NCBI RefSeq assembly: GCF_006345805.1
Contig: NC_043005.1
Span: 4,464,001-4,528,000, forward strand
Direction of reading: 5' to 3'
Length of the DNA: 64,000 nucleotides
From: Octopus sinensis
Lineage: Eukaryota
Position 1 is the stretch's first letter. Each line of letters opens with the position of its first letter. The position numbers and the translations under genes were made by a program. A model generated the notes under the pieces. That model searched no databases. It was not told where the DNA came from and was given only the letters and a program-made list of their open reading frames with translations. This document shows, piece by piece, positions 12,649-25,329 of this stretch.

Positions 12649-12889
12649 GTCTTTATATATTTTTGCATTTACATTTTTTCTACCTTCTCTTTATCTATTT
12701 CCCTCTTCTGTTAACTACGTAACTTTGCTTTTGTTATTATAATTAATCTATAACGATCATTGCTGTCCTAAATGGATTCTTGAAATGAATATTTTCCTTT
12801 TTAATCAGTGAACATTCTATTTTAATATTTTTTGTTTGTTCCTAACCAATATTGTATCCATTATCACTGGTTGTCTGTTTGTGTTGTAG

Positions 12890-13029
12890 GACTTACAAGG
12901 TGATATCTCATCAAAACAACCAGAAATTGATAAATTAACGAAGACTGAGAAGAGGCGGTTGTCAACGACAGCAGAATCTTCTCAAATCCCCATATTTAGG
13001 AAAACTAGAAAGTCTTTTAGCAATATAAG
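12890..13029 (+). CDS. MACF1: Spectraplakin exon, last spectrin repeat and linker with SQIP
   Basis: DLQGDISSKQPEIDKLTKTEKRRLSTTAESSQIPIFRKTRKSFSNI; 140 nt, phase 0-2, TTGTAG / GTAAAG; KQP.IDKLTKT.KRR matches the MACF1/dystonin linker. Confidence 0.94.
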
Positions 13030-14114
13030 GTAAAGTTCTTTTTGCTTTGTGGGAGATGAGGGAGCAATAGGATTGGGTATTGTTTAACCCCAAGGTCACC
13101 CTTATGATTAAAGGAGTTCTAACCATGACTATCCTGTCTTTTATTCATGTATCACAGTATTGACCAGACCATCAGATGCTGTTATACACTGCTGGTCACA
13201 ATACGCTTCCAATTCTATCTTGATAGTGCCATTTTTTTTCCATCTTGACCCTAATTAGTTAACTAGATCTTTCCATTGTCATGGAGACCTTCCAAGTGGC
13301 CTGTTTCGATCTCTTGGATACCACTCGACAACTGCACAAGTCCACCTGTTGTCAGTGTCTCTTGGATCTAAAATTGTATTTTTTAGTTTTTTTCTTCAAT
13401 TTATGTAACTCTGTAATAATGGTTTCTGAATTAGGCACAAGGCCAGCAGTTTTGTGGGAGCAGGTGAGGCTGATGATGCCATAAGACAGGTACTTGACTG
13501 GTCCTTGCATCTAGCAAGAGACTGTGACCCCTGAAAGAAGCAGCTTTCATAGTAGGAAATGAGGCAAAGTGACATCAAAATGGGGTTTCTTGCTGTAGAG
13601 AAGCTACACAACTACTCATCTGATAGAAGAGAGGATGGGGTAGAGCTAGGAAGAGCTAAAGTAGTGATGATAAGGTGTGTGTTGTTTCTTAACCCTGTCA
13701 CACTGTATTCTTGCTTTAGCAGCAGCAACAGGTGAAACCTCATCTCTGCTGGATTCCTAGTAAAGCAGTCATGAACTACACTTGTAGAAAAAGAAGATTC
13801 TGTCCATTGGTTTGCCTGAAATCGTTACTCTTGAGCTGTGTATGCAACTAATTATTTTTTGGCCGAGGTGGGGGGGGGGGTAAAGTTAGACACAGGGGCC
13901 CAGGTTTGAAGGGGCTAAAGTATGAAATGAATGGAGACAGTAGAATGGGGTGTGCGTGGGTAGAGGTTGCAAGATGGGGAACAGCTGACAGGGGTGGAGT
14001 GAATATAATAAATGAAGAACTTATGTTTACAGATATTATTCCTCTGTAAAAGATGAAAAAATTTCTGTTGAAGAATAAGAATTTCTTAAATATTACTTTT
14101 TATTTTGCATCTAG

Positions 14115-14419
14115 TCGAGACACTGGCCGCCGTACACCAGATCCTCAATTCAAAAACCCACGAGTTGGGGCTCTGTTTACCAAATGGCAGCAAGTGTGGC
14201 TTTTGGCTATGGACCGACAAAGAAAACTACAAGATGCCCAAGAATATATGAATGAAGTCGAGAGAATGAAGAACTTTGACTTTGATGATTGGCGGAAACG
14301 CTACCTACGTTGGATGCATCATAATAAGTCGAGAATTATGGACTTCTTCAGGCGTCAAGACAAAGACCATGACGGAAAAGTCACTCGTAAAGAATTTATT
14401 GATGGAATCATATCTTCAA
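14115..14419 (+). CDS. MACF1: Spectraplakin exon, end of spectrin rod and EF-hand 1
   Basis: [26 protein letters not shown]...[45 protein letters not shown]; canonical 12-residue EF loop [12 protein letters not shown]; 305 nt, phase 2-1. Confidence 0.98.
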
Positions 14420-14834
14420 GTGAGTTTCTTACTTTTGCTGCTGCTACTACTACTACTACAATACTTGTTTTATGTCTGTTTTTACATGCTAGCATGAGTT
14501 AGATGAATATATTGTTGGGACATTGTGAAACAGCTGGTTACCCTTACTCGCTTTTCAACAAAGAAATCTCTTATGACACATGGTTTTGAAAGTGAAAAGC
14601 TAACAGATATTTTGTTGACAGGGAAAATAACAAAAGTAACATTAGTCCTTGCTTGTGGCTCAAAGATTTTCAGAGAAGCACAAATGTACACATACATGCA
14701 CACACACAAAATAGGCTTCTTTCAGTTTCCGTCTATCAAATCCATTCACAAGAATTTTAATTTAATTTTCATCTTTTGGGATTCAGTTTCCCCACAGTTA
14801 TTCTGTCTAATGTGATATATTTTTATATTACCAG

Positions 14835-14947
14835 AATTCCCCACAACAAAACTAGAAATGGAGGCTGTGGCCAATATATTTGATAAAGATGAAGATGGCT
14901 ACATAAACTACAAAGAATTTGTTGCAGCTCTGAGACCCGATAGGGAT
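14835..14947 (+). CDS. MACF1: Spectraplakin exon, EF-hand 2
   Basis: [38 protein letters not shown]; 113 nt, phase 1-0, GTAAGT donor. Confidence 0.98.
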
Positions 14948-16384
14948 GTAAGTATCCACATTGTTAGAGTTTCTCTTCATACATTGGGTTTTTTTCCTTT
15001 TTCTTATCAGACAAATGAAACCCCAGTGAGGTCAGCAAACCACTGAGTGAGGTGTTGTATTGAGGGAAGTGGCTCTATACCTGGTGTTGAGAAGTTAAGG
15101 TTTGATAGAGGGACAGGTGTAGGGGCCAAGCATCTTGCCATAAAAGAGATATGTGGCTAACCTGAATGGAAAGAGATGATGAGGTGTCAGGGCCTACCGT
15201 CAAGGTACAAATGGAATATCAGAAAGAATTGGGACAATGGGAAAAGATTTTGAATTTATTTTGCAAGTAATTTTATCTGGAACTCATCATCATCATCATC
15301 GTTTAACGTCCGTTTTCCATGCTGGCATGGGTTGGATGGTTCGACCGGGGTCTGGAGAGCCAGTGGCTGCACCAGGCTCCAGTCTGATCTGGCAGTGTTT
15401 CTACAGCTGGATGCCCTTCCTTATGCCAACCACTCCGTGAGTGTAGTGGGTACCTTTTACGTGCCACCGGCATAGGTGCCAGGGGAGGCTGGCAATGGTC
15501 ACAATTGGTTGGTGCTTTTTACATGCCACCAGCACAGAAGCCAGTCAAGGTTTGAAGTTAGCCCTGATCCCACAGACTTCAGATCAGAAACATTTCAACT
15601 GACCATCTGAAAATCTCAGAAACAAGATAGCAGGTACAAATTGAGAGAGATTTGGCTGCTATTTCTAACAGGTTGAGTGACTATCTAAAAATGATAAATC
15701 TCCTTTCTGAATCATATCTACCCAGCTTCTGTGGTGTGTATATTCCCTGCTGGACGAGAAGCTGATCCCTTGCTGTATTTTTGGCAGCTAGGTGGACTGG
15801 ATCAATGCTAAGTGAAGTGTATTGCTCAAGAACACATCACATTGCCCTGTCTAGGAATCATAACCACAATCTTAGGACCATGAGTCCAACACCCTAAACA
15901 CTAAGCCATGCACCTCTATGAAGTGACTACATAAAGCCCCTCTTTCCCTACTTTCTATTGGCTCCTTATTCTTCATGGCATTCCATCAGCTACCTTCTCA
16001 TCTTCTAATTGAGTAGGAAAAAACTAGGACTTACTACTACATTAAAATAATAATAATAATGGTTTCAAATTTTGGCCCAGGGCCAGCAGTCGGGGTCAGG
16101 GGAGTTGATTACTTTGACCTCAGTATTTGACTGTTACTGATTTAATTGGTCCCAAAAGGATGGAAAGCGAAGTTGACTTTGGCAGAATTTGAACTCAGAT
16201 CATAAAGTCAAACGAACTACCGCTAAGCATTTTGTCTGGCATGCTAACAGTTCTTCCAGCTTGCTGCCTTAACGACAACAGTAATAGCTACAATTTCTAG
16301 TTATTAGTAAAAATTGTAATTAGCAAAAACTGCTCTGATTCCTGCTATGATATAATGGTGTCCTTGCAACGTGATTCTTTTCAG

Positions 16385-16501
16385 ACTGGTAAACCTGCAA
16401 CAGACTCGGAGAGGATTCAAGATGAAGTAAGCAAACAAGTCGGACGATGTACCTGCGTTACTCAGTTCAGAATCCACAAAATTGGTGAAGGAAAATATCG
16501 G
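16385..16501 (+). CDS. MACF1: Spectraplakin exon, GAR/GAS2 domain N-terminal half
   Basis: TGKPATDSERIQDEVSKQVGRCTCVTQFRIHKIGEGKYR; contains the CxC zinc ligands; 117 nt. Confidence 0.98.
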
Positions 16502-16651
16502 GTCAGTAATAATTCCTCCAGTCTTCCAATCAAATTCTTTAAACAATTCTCTTTTGCTTTAACTCGTCCTATTTCCTTCCCATTTCTCTTATTTATTTAC
16601 ATTAAGCTAATTTTTTTAATTATCTTTGTTTTCTTTTTCCTATTCCTCTAG

Positions 16652-16769
16652 TTTGGTGATTCACAAAAATTACGTCTTGTTCGGATTCTACGGAGCACAG
16701 TAATGGTACGCGTCGGCGGAGGCTGGGTTGCGTTAGATGAATTCCTCGTTAAAAACGATCCCTGCCGAG
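16652..16769 (+). CDS. MACF1: Spectraplakin exon, GAR/GAS2 domain C-terminal half
   Basis: [39 protein letters not shown]; invariant GAR signature with DPC zinc ligands; 118 nt, phase 0-1. Confidence 0.99.
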
Positions 16770-19700
16770 GTAAAGTTTATTTACAAGATAATTTTTTTTC
16801 AAAAAAATTTACCAAATTCTTTAAAGTTTAAAAAATTTCTTTAAATGTTTTGTTTTATATAAAAATATTAATTTTAAAATATTCCTCATACAATTTTTTT
16901 TTTTAATAATTTCTTGGAAATTAACTTTAAAAATATTAATTGCAGACTCTGTTTTATCTTCAGTTGGAATTATTTTTCTATCATTTAAAGTTCTATCTTT
17001 TATTTTAAATAATGGTACTATATTTTGTTGCTTCCTTGGTCAGCTGATAGCCTTTTTTGGTCGTAACTCATTTCCTGTATCAATTAAATTCGCTTTCATT
17101 TCAGAATTGTAATAATTATGGCAGCAGATATTATCTGGAGGTCATGTTGTCATTTCTAATCCACATTTATTTCTCATTCTTGAAGAATTTTATAATTTCA
17201 TCTAACTCTTCATTCTCATTAATTCAATCTTGTTAATTTAACTTTTTCATCTTATGTAAAACCTTCATGAAGAACCATTAAACATTCATTTTGATACTTT
17301 TAATTAACAGTAGGACACAACTACATTTATCATCACCATTTACTATCATCATTATCATCATCATCATCATCGTTATTGTTGTCATCAAGTAACTGTCTCC
17401 CTTTTATTTTTTTTATTTCTTACATCTAAAAATCATTCACAATTTCAGCTTTAGATTTTTTTAAAACCCCACCCTACTACTGAATATCATTAATGCAGCC
17501 CTGTTTGCAAGACTGCCTTCAGGCTGTCCCTTGTTCCCTATTCTTCACGTCAGCTCCCCCTCCTCTCTAGAAGCATTGATCACACTGGCCACACTAAATT
17601 CAAACTGATTTTTGTTTCTAATCAGTTCAGATAATTCCATGTATTTTACCCTCAAATTACATTTACAGAAACCCTTCATTGTGCTACCATTCCATCACAC
17701 AGAATTTCTAAACAGATCCAATACCATCATTGTGACCACCTCTCATCAAAATTCCATCTACTCCCATTTTTCTTTACTTTTTTTTTTTTCAGTGTGTTTC
17801 AGTATCCTTCCCTCTCTTTATCACATTACCTCTTCCATTAATAATTTTTCACTATATTTATTAAACTGAAAATCCAGCTCATATCACAGTGTAACTAACA
17901 CAATAGAAACTAGTTTCTACCTCAAGGCTACACGTTCAGTGGTCTCCATTATTTTAGTGCCATTTTCCAAAAATATTACCTCTCCGACCTATGGATTACT
18001 CTGACCAATTTCCTCACGTTGCAACCAGCATGTTTCTTCCTTATTATCTGCTCTTCAGAAAAACTCTCTCTTCCTTCTCCGTTTACCCTTCATCTCTGTT
18101 GCATGTATTACACTTTAGTTCCATTTTATAGCCTCATTTGTTATGTCTTTAGCTCTGTTCTCTATGGGTTGGCTTGGTTTGTAAATCTTTATTGCTTCAA
18201 GCTGGTTTTATTACTGCTTAATGAAACCAAGTCTATGGCTTGATGCTTTTCCTGTTGTTGTCAACCATCAAACTGTAGCAGAATTTTTTTGTGTTATTTT
18301 ATTCTTATAGTTTCAGGTAAGAATAAGGAGTTCTAAAACAGTTTAATTTAGATATTTACGTAATATAATTTAGTCACATAATTTAGTTTAGATATATATT
18401 TCATATATAGGATAATACCCTGTGTGTATCATCATCATTTAACTTGTCTTCGATGCTGGCACGATTTGGAATCTTGTCAACCCATTCAACCCACACCAAA
18501 TGGAAGATGGATATTAAATGATGATAAGGTATTCTTCTATAATCATCATCATTTAAAGTCTGTCTTCCATGTTGGATGGTTTGATGGAATCCAACAGGCC
18601 AGAGGACTGTGTCGAGCTCCAGTATTTGGTTTAGCATGGTTTCTATATCTGGATGCCCTTCCTAATGCCAACCACTTGTTCTATATGTGAAATATGTATA
18701 CAGACACATGAAATATTATCAAAAGGATGGGCATATATTTGCATTTACATAGGATCACAAATGAAATTACTTTTAATATGGAACTTCTTTGGGAATTAAG
18801 ACATTTTACCATTTTGTAATTAAAGATTGTAGAATGCAATAAATATACTGAATTCTTTTGCATTATAATAATGTTATTGTCATAGCATCATTTTTAAAGC
18901 TGAGAGATTTTGATTCACAAGTGCTCAGTGGAAACTGAAACGGGAGTTTATAGGACCCTACAAAGTTCTCAGTTGTCAGTTTGCATCAGTTTCACCATTC
19001 CAGTTGTAGGTAGGGGTCATCATAAGTAACATTTGGTCTTGTTACTTTTTTATATTTCCTCGATTTTCATGAAGATTTCACCTTGTATAATGCTAGTTTC
19101 ATTTGTTTTGTTTTTTTAAACTGTTGTAGATATTAAGGTGACCCCCCTTCACTATTAGGTCTCCCAGAGAAAGAAAATATAATTACATTTGAATTAATCC
19201 AAACTCGAATGAAATTTTGTGCCTTTTGGTTAGACTTGATCTACTGACTGAAAAATCTGAAACTCTTTTGAGTTATAAGAATCTAAATTTAATGTTCAGG
19301 AGCAGGTTTACCTGTTTCTTTCCTTTCTGTCTCGAATATTTTACCATGGTCCAACATCTCAGTTACCAGTAAGTCTTTGAATATCACATTTGCTAGTATA
19401 CTTGTGTGAATTAGTCATTAGATACACCAACAAATCATCATCATCATCATCATTTAGCATCATGCTAGCATGGGTTGGACGGTTCGACCGGGGTCTGGTA
19501 AGTCATGGAGGCTGCACCAGGCTCTAGTCTGATCTGGCAGTGTTTCTACAGCTGGATGCCCTTCCTAATGCCAACACTCTGTGAGTGTAGTGGGTGCTTT
19601 TTATGTGCCACCAGCACGGAAGCCAGTCAAGGCGGTGCTGGCATTGGCCATGTTCGGATGGTGCCTTTTACATGCCACCGGCACAGGGATCACAATTACA

Positions 19701-21131
19701 ATTTCCATTGATTTTTGATGTTGATGTACTTGACTCAATAGGTCTCCTCAAGCACAGGGTCAAAACGGTGTTTCTTTACTTTCCACCTGCACAAGAGTCA
19801 GTCCAGTGGCACTGGCAACGGCCGGGTGCCAGTCATAGGATTTGGTTCAATTTCAAAGTCTAACCACACATAAACAAACTTACATTTTCTCATGCCTTTG
19901 TGAGTTTAAAACTAAAATTGATTTCAAAGAAGACTTCAGAGGATTAGCTAAAAAATTCTCTCGGTGTCTCCTAGTATGTAAAATACTGAATATTGTTGTA
20001 TGTTGTTTACTATCAACCTGCAAGTGGCAAACGCTACATTCATAGCTTCTTAAGCTCTTAGCAAACAGTGACTTCATTCATTGTTAATCCATTGGTCAGG
20101 GAAAGAGGTTAAAACCATCGCATTTTGTTTTCTTGTGACTCCTAAATTAACTCTTCTTTATCAAGAAATCATTTTATATTTATTTTTTTCTATATTTAAC
20201 TTTCATTTTCAGAAATTTATTTCATATTTCCTTTCATCATGTTATGAAGGTTGTTCAATATTGCCAAATGTCTTCTTTTTATTTCTCTCTCTTTACTAAT
20301 GAAATCCTGTCTTTGCTGTTGACTTCAACTCAATGAATAATAATCCCATTTAACATTATATTCTTATGCTATTTGTCTCATGAGCACAGTTGTTTCTCCT
20401 TCACACACAAACACTGTTTGATTGTGGTTCTCGACACTCTTTTCACAAGTCATTTTCAAAATGGCTGCCTCACTGTTTTCTCACCTAAAATCTAAACTGT
20501 TGAATGTAATTTGGATCATTTATGGTTTGGAAGTTGTGCATCTTCACTTCATTGATATTAATTCTTGTTCTTTTGTTTGCATTCATCAGACTTTTGGAAG
20601 AACTTCCCCCCATAAAATACCTTTGTTTGGGGGATATTCCTTAAATACTACCATTTGCATTATTTGATTTAAGAGAGTCTGGTAACTTTAGAATTTCTCA
20701 GTTTATGAAAACATTCTAAACATTAATTCATGCTTTGATTTTTGAGAGTTGAGGCATTTTCTTGCATCAAATAATTCAAACCTTGGTAATTATTTTAAAT
20801 TACCATTTAATAACACTTCTCACTAATTAAATTCTGGCATTTTCTATCCTTTGATATGAAGAAGTAATTAATTTGCAGTTGCAATAGTTAAGTGTTTATC
20901 CTCTCATTTGAGTTACATGTTTCTATCATCATCATCATCATCATCATCATCTTCATACTGTTCACTTTTCATGTTTACATGGATCTAATGGAGTTTGTTG
21001 AGCAGATTTCCTACTGTTGGATGCTCTTCCTGTCACCAACCCTTACCTGTTTCCATGGAAGGCAATATTTCCCCCATGGCCAGACATGTTTTCATGGAAG
21101 ACTGGAAACAAGCGACACTGCTTTCCACAAG

Positions 21132-21386
21132 GCTGCCACAAAACTCGATCACAATTCCTCTCAAAGTCATTGTATATTTAATATCAAATTTTTACAAGTT
21201 GTTAACCGAAAGAATCTAAGTGTGGCAAAAGTAAGCATGTTGTTCCTCTACAATTTGGCAGGCAGCGAGCGTACGTGTAAGACCCATTCCACAGGAGATT
21301 GTTTGAAAGAAGCTGGCAACATCAACACCTCACTGCTGATGCTTGGCCGGTACATTGAGACAATGAGAAGTAATCAAATAAGAAAG
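21132..21386 (+). pseudogene. Kinesin-6 (KIF20A/B-like) motor-domain fragment, switch I to helix alpha4
   Basis: AATKLDHNSSQSHCIFNIKFLQVVNRKNLSVAKVSMLFLYNLAGSERTCKTHSTGDCLKEAGNINTSLLMLGRYIETMRSNQ; degenerate NxxSSRSH and DLAGSE motifs; LKEAGNINTSL is characteristic of KIF20. Confidence 0.88.
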
Positions 21387-23832
21387 TGAGTTTACTGATG
21401 CAGTGTCATTGAGGCAGATTTTATACGGTTGGAGTAAGGTGTAGAGGGGCCTCTGCTAGGTTCCTCACAGACAAAGAACATAGGTATAAGATCTGGGTAA
21501 GGAACAGTGATGTGATTGGGGCCATGGGTATACTCCTTGCTGAAAAATGGGTCGACAAGGTAATCGAGGTAGTCAGTCTGTGATAGAATATATAAGCTTA
21601 GACTGGTGCTGCAACATGGAATAGCAACCATTATCTTGGCTGATGCCCCTCAGCCAGGTCTACCTGATGAACAGAAAGATCGATTTTATGACACCCTCTT
21701 GCAGACTACCTCATTGATGAATGACAGGGACCTTCTCTTTGTGGCTGGCGACTTCAATGGACATGTTGGACATCATCTGGGGAGCTTCCATGGTGTGCAT
21801 GATGGCAATGGATTTGGTTCCTGCAATGAGGAAGGAACCAGGTTGCTGGAATTCTGTGATGCAAATGATCTTATGATCTTTAATGCTATCTTCAGGAAAC
21901 CTGCCAGTTCAGTGAGCACACTAGTCAGATTGTGTGAAAAAGAAGGGTCTGGAAGTTTAAGGATCCTCTAAATAGACAGATTTAGAAACATATTACTGGA
22001 AGCCTTTGAGAACATAGAGGATGATATAGCAGCATACAACATGGAGGACAACTGGAGGTTCCTATAGGACAACCTGTTGAGGGCCACTGACCAGATCTGT
22101 GGATGGTGCAAAGCCCCCTCTTGATCTCAGGTGACATGGTGGTGGAACAATGTAGTTGACAGGGCCATTAGGGACAAGGAACAGGCCTGGAAGGACTGGA
22201 AATGTGGTGGTATCAGGGAATTGTATTAGATAGCCAGAAGGGAAGCTAGGAGACAGGCTTACTTAGCGAGAGGGGAAGCAGAAAAGAGATTTGAAAATGT
22301 TCTGCATTGGGAGGACCAGAGACTTGAAGTGTTTCGAATTGCAAGGCAGTGTGTGTCATAGGAGAGAAATGTGTCCACTTGCATTTAATGATGCTGCAAA
22401 GAAAGAAACTTGGAGATGCCACTATGAGAGGTTGCTAAATGAAGAGAATGAATGGATGGAAGAGAGTCTGCCAAATGTTTGACCCAACTGAGGGACCAGC
22501 TATCCAGATTGACAGTACTTTGGTAGATAAAGAAATTAAGGATATGAAGACAGGGAAAGCCCCCAGCCCATCAGGAATCACCACAGAAATGTTTAAAATA
22601 TCTGGCAGTGTAGGCTATGATCTAGTCATGCGAATAGTTAACCAGGTGATACATGAAGGAGTCATACCCAACGACTGGTGTAGCAGCACCATAGTCAACT
22701 ACTATAAAGGTAAAGGTGATGCCTTGAATAGAAATAATTACAGAGGTATCAAATTGTTGGATCAGAGCCCAACTAATTACAGAGAGAGTTTGTTTAGATG
22801 AGATGCAGTTTGGGTTTGTGCCAGGGAGAAACACCACTGATGCTATATTTCTGGTAAGACAGATGCAGGTGAAATACCTAGCCAAAGATAAACCTCTCTA
22901 CTTGGCTTTTGTTGACTTGGAGAAAGCCTTTGACAGGATCCCCAATCCCTTATCAAGTGGTCAATGGAAACTAAGGATAGATGAGCGATTGGTGAGAGCT
23001 GTACAAGCCATGTACTAGAATGTTGTCAGTAGGGTGAAGGTTGGCAACGAGTATAGCAAAGAATTTAGGGTACAAGTAGGGATTCACCAAGGATCAGTCC
23101 TCATCTCCCTCTTATTCATCATAGTCCTCCAGGTGATAACAGAGGAATTTAAGACAGGCTGCCCCTGGGAGCTCCTCTATGCTGATGACCTTGCCCTAAT
23201 TGCTGAGTCACTACCAGAACTAGAGAAATAGTTTCAGGTGTGGAAGCAAGGTCTAGAATTAAAGGGCCTTAGAGTTAACCTAGCAAAAACCAAAGTATTA
23301 GAAAGCAGAAAGGGGGACAAATCATAAATCCCTTCAAGTAGATGGCCCTGCTCGATCTGTAGAAAAGGCGACAATAGGAACTCCATAAGGTGTACCCAGT
23401 GTAAGCTATGGACACATAAGAGGTCCAGCAATACCAGAGAAAGTTTAAGGGGGAAGATAGTTTTCGTGTGTGGAAGGTGCACAGGTACAAGAGTGAAAGG
23501 CAGATTGTTTGATGCTTGTGTGAAGAGCCATGCCACACAGCAGTGAAACTTGGTCTGTGACTGCTGAGGACATGCGTGGGCTTGCAAGAAAGGAAACTAG
23601 TATGCTCCGCTGGATATGCAATGTCAGTGTGCATACACAACAGTGTAAGCATCTTGAGAGAAAAGGTGGGCATAAGAAGCATCAGACGTGGTATGCAAGA
23701 GAGATGACTGCATTGGTATGGTAATGTGATGTGTATGGATGTGGACGGTTGTGTGAAGAAGTGCCGATCTCTACCAGTTGAAGGAAGCTGTGGAAAAGGG
23801 AGACCCAGAAAGCGGATGTTAAACAATGATGG
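21386..23832 (+). mobile_element. Degenerate RTE-clade LINE (APE endonuclease, RT and PHD remnant), with stops, frameshifts and internal deletions
   Basis: EN motifs GDFNGHVG and NEEG.RLLEFC; RT motifs AFVDLEKAFD, QGS, LLYADD; ends in GTTAAACAATGATG followed by (TA)n(TG)n. Confidence 0.9.
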
Positions 23833-24744
23833 TATATATATGTGTGTGTGTGACAGATTTCTTTTGGTTTCCATCTACTGAATTCAGTGACCAAGCGTTA
23901 GTCATCTTGGGACTGTAGTAAAAGTCACTTTCTCAAGCTACCCACAGTGGGATTGAACCTAAAAGCCGAAACTTCACCTCTTGTTCTTTGGTAAAGTAAA
24001 TGTGGGTTATGGTTTGGGGCTTAGGGGATATAATACTGTCCATAAAATCATCCTAGTCTCCTGAGCAGACAAGGGATTCTCTGTGCAGTTGTGTAACTTG
24101 CTAGAAATAGCAACCAAATCTGATATTACTTATGGCTAGAGCACCTTTTATCATTATTCTGTCAGGGTTGGTCTGGGGTTAAACAACTCCTTAATTGCTT
24201 AAACACATTGATGTAAATTCACCAAAAATGTCATCTCTATCATTTTCCAACTCTTAATGTTCTGAGCTCAAATCCTGCTGGGGTCAGCTTCACTCTTCAT
24301 CTCTCAAACATCATCATCATCATTTAATGTCTGTTTTCCATTCTGGCATAGGTTGGGTGGTTTGAGAGGAGCTGGCAAGGCCCGGAGCTGTACCAGATTC
24401 CACAGATTGATTTGGCTTGGTTTCTATGGCTGGAGGTCCTCCCTAATGTCAACCACATTACAGAGTTTACTCGGTGCTTTTTATGTGGACCCCATCACCA
24501 GTGCCTTTTGGATGTTAGGGGATGAAGTGTGGGTCAGGGGAGAAGGCCAAGACAGAACCCTTCATGGACAGGCATTATCAAAGTGGTTTTAGGATATCTG
24601 CAGGGTTCATAAAACAAAGTACCAGTCAAGATCTGTGATATCAAGTACCCCCTTTTTTCAAATTGTTGGCCTTTTACCTAAATCACAAACAATTATTACT
24701 TCAAACCATCTTCATTGACATTGTTCTTATCACCACCACAACCA

Positions 24745-24785
24745 TATTATTATTATTATTATTATTGTTATTGTTATTGTTATTA

Positions 24786-24838
<53 letters not shown>
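24745..24838. repeat. (TAT)n microsatellite
   Basis: Direct reading. Confidence 0.95.
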
Positions 24839-24840
<2 letters not shown>

Positions 24841-25329
24841 ACATGCCAGTCATTTCAGCGAATGTTTCCAGAAAGTTCTAAGCTACTCTTGTTCTACAGA
24901 TTACCTTTCTTTCCCTGTCGGATTCCTCGCTGTCTAACCAAGACATGCTTTCTGGAGTCGTCGTCCGGGCTGTTTGCAATCTGAGCCAATCTCCCCTTTT
25001 TTTGTGCTTTGGCATCGGTTATTGTTCTCTTTTCGTTGAGGTCATTGCTTCTGCTATAATTTCATGTTGTCAGGTTTTGTTGCTGCTGCTTCCGTTAGTG
25101 AGGATTGGTGGGGGGGGGGGGGGCAGATGTTTCTTTTGCTGTTGTTGTTGTTGCTCCAGTTATTGTAGCTTCCTTTTTCTTTCCTCACCAATGGCTTCTT
25201 CAAATATTCACAGCACCCAACTAGAACTTTACATTGAATTGGTTCTAATTTCCATATAAAATCGAATATAGTTGTATTAAAATACCTTTTTTTTTTTTGT
25301 TAAACTCTCATTTAAAGAATTTTCTTTAA

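Noticed and set aside
13870-13880. Poly-G runs (11 G here, 14 G at 25110-25123) as G-quadruplex elements
   Set aside because: Isolated homopolymers of uncertain length with no supporting context.
17793-17869. Strong-looking acceptor giving a short terminal peptide VCFSILPSLYHITSSINNFSLYLLN
   Set aside because: Low-complexity T-rich sequence with many similar acceptors nearby; nothing singles this one out without RNA data.
20892-21389. Functional 165-aa kinesin gene
   Set aside because: The N-terminal half is microsatellite and repeat sequence, only part of the motor is present, and switch I and II residues are mutated.
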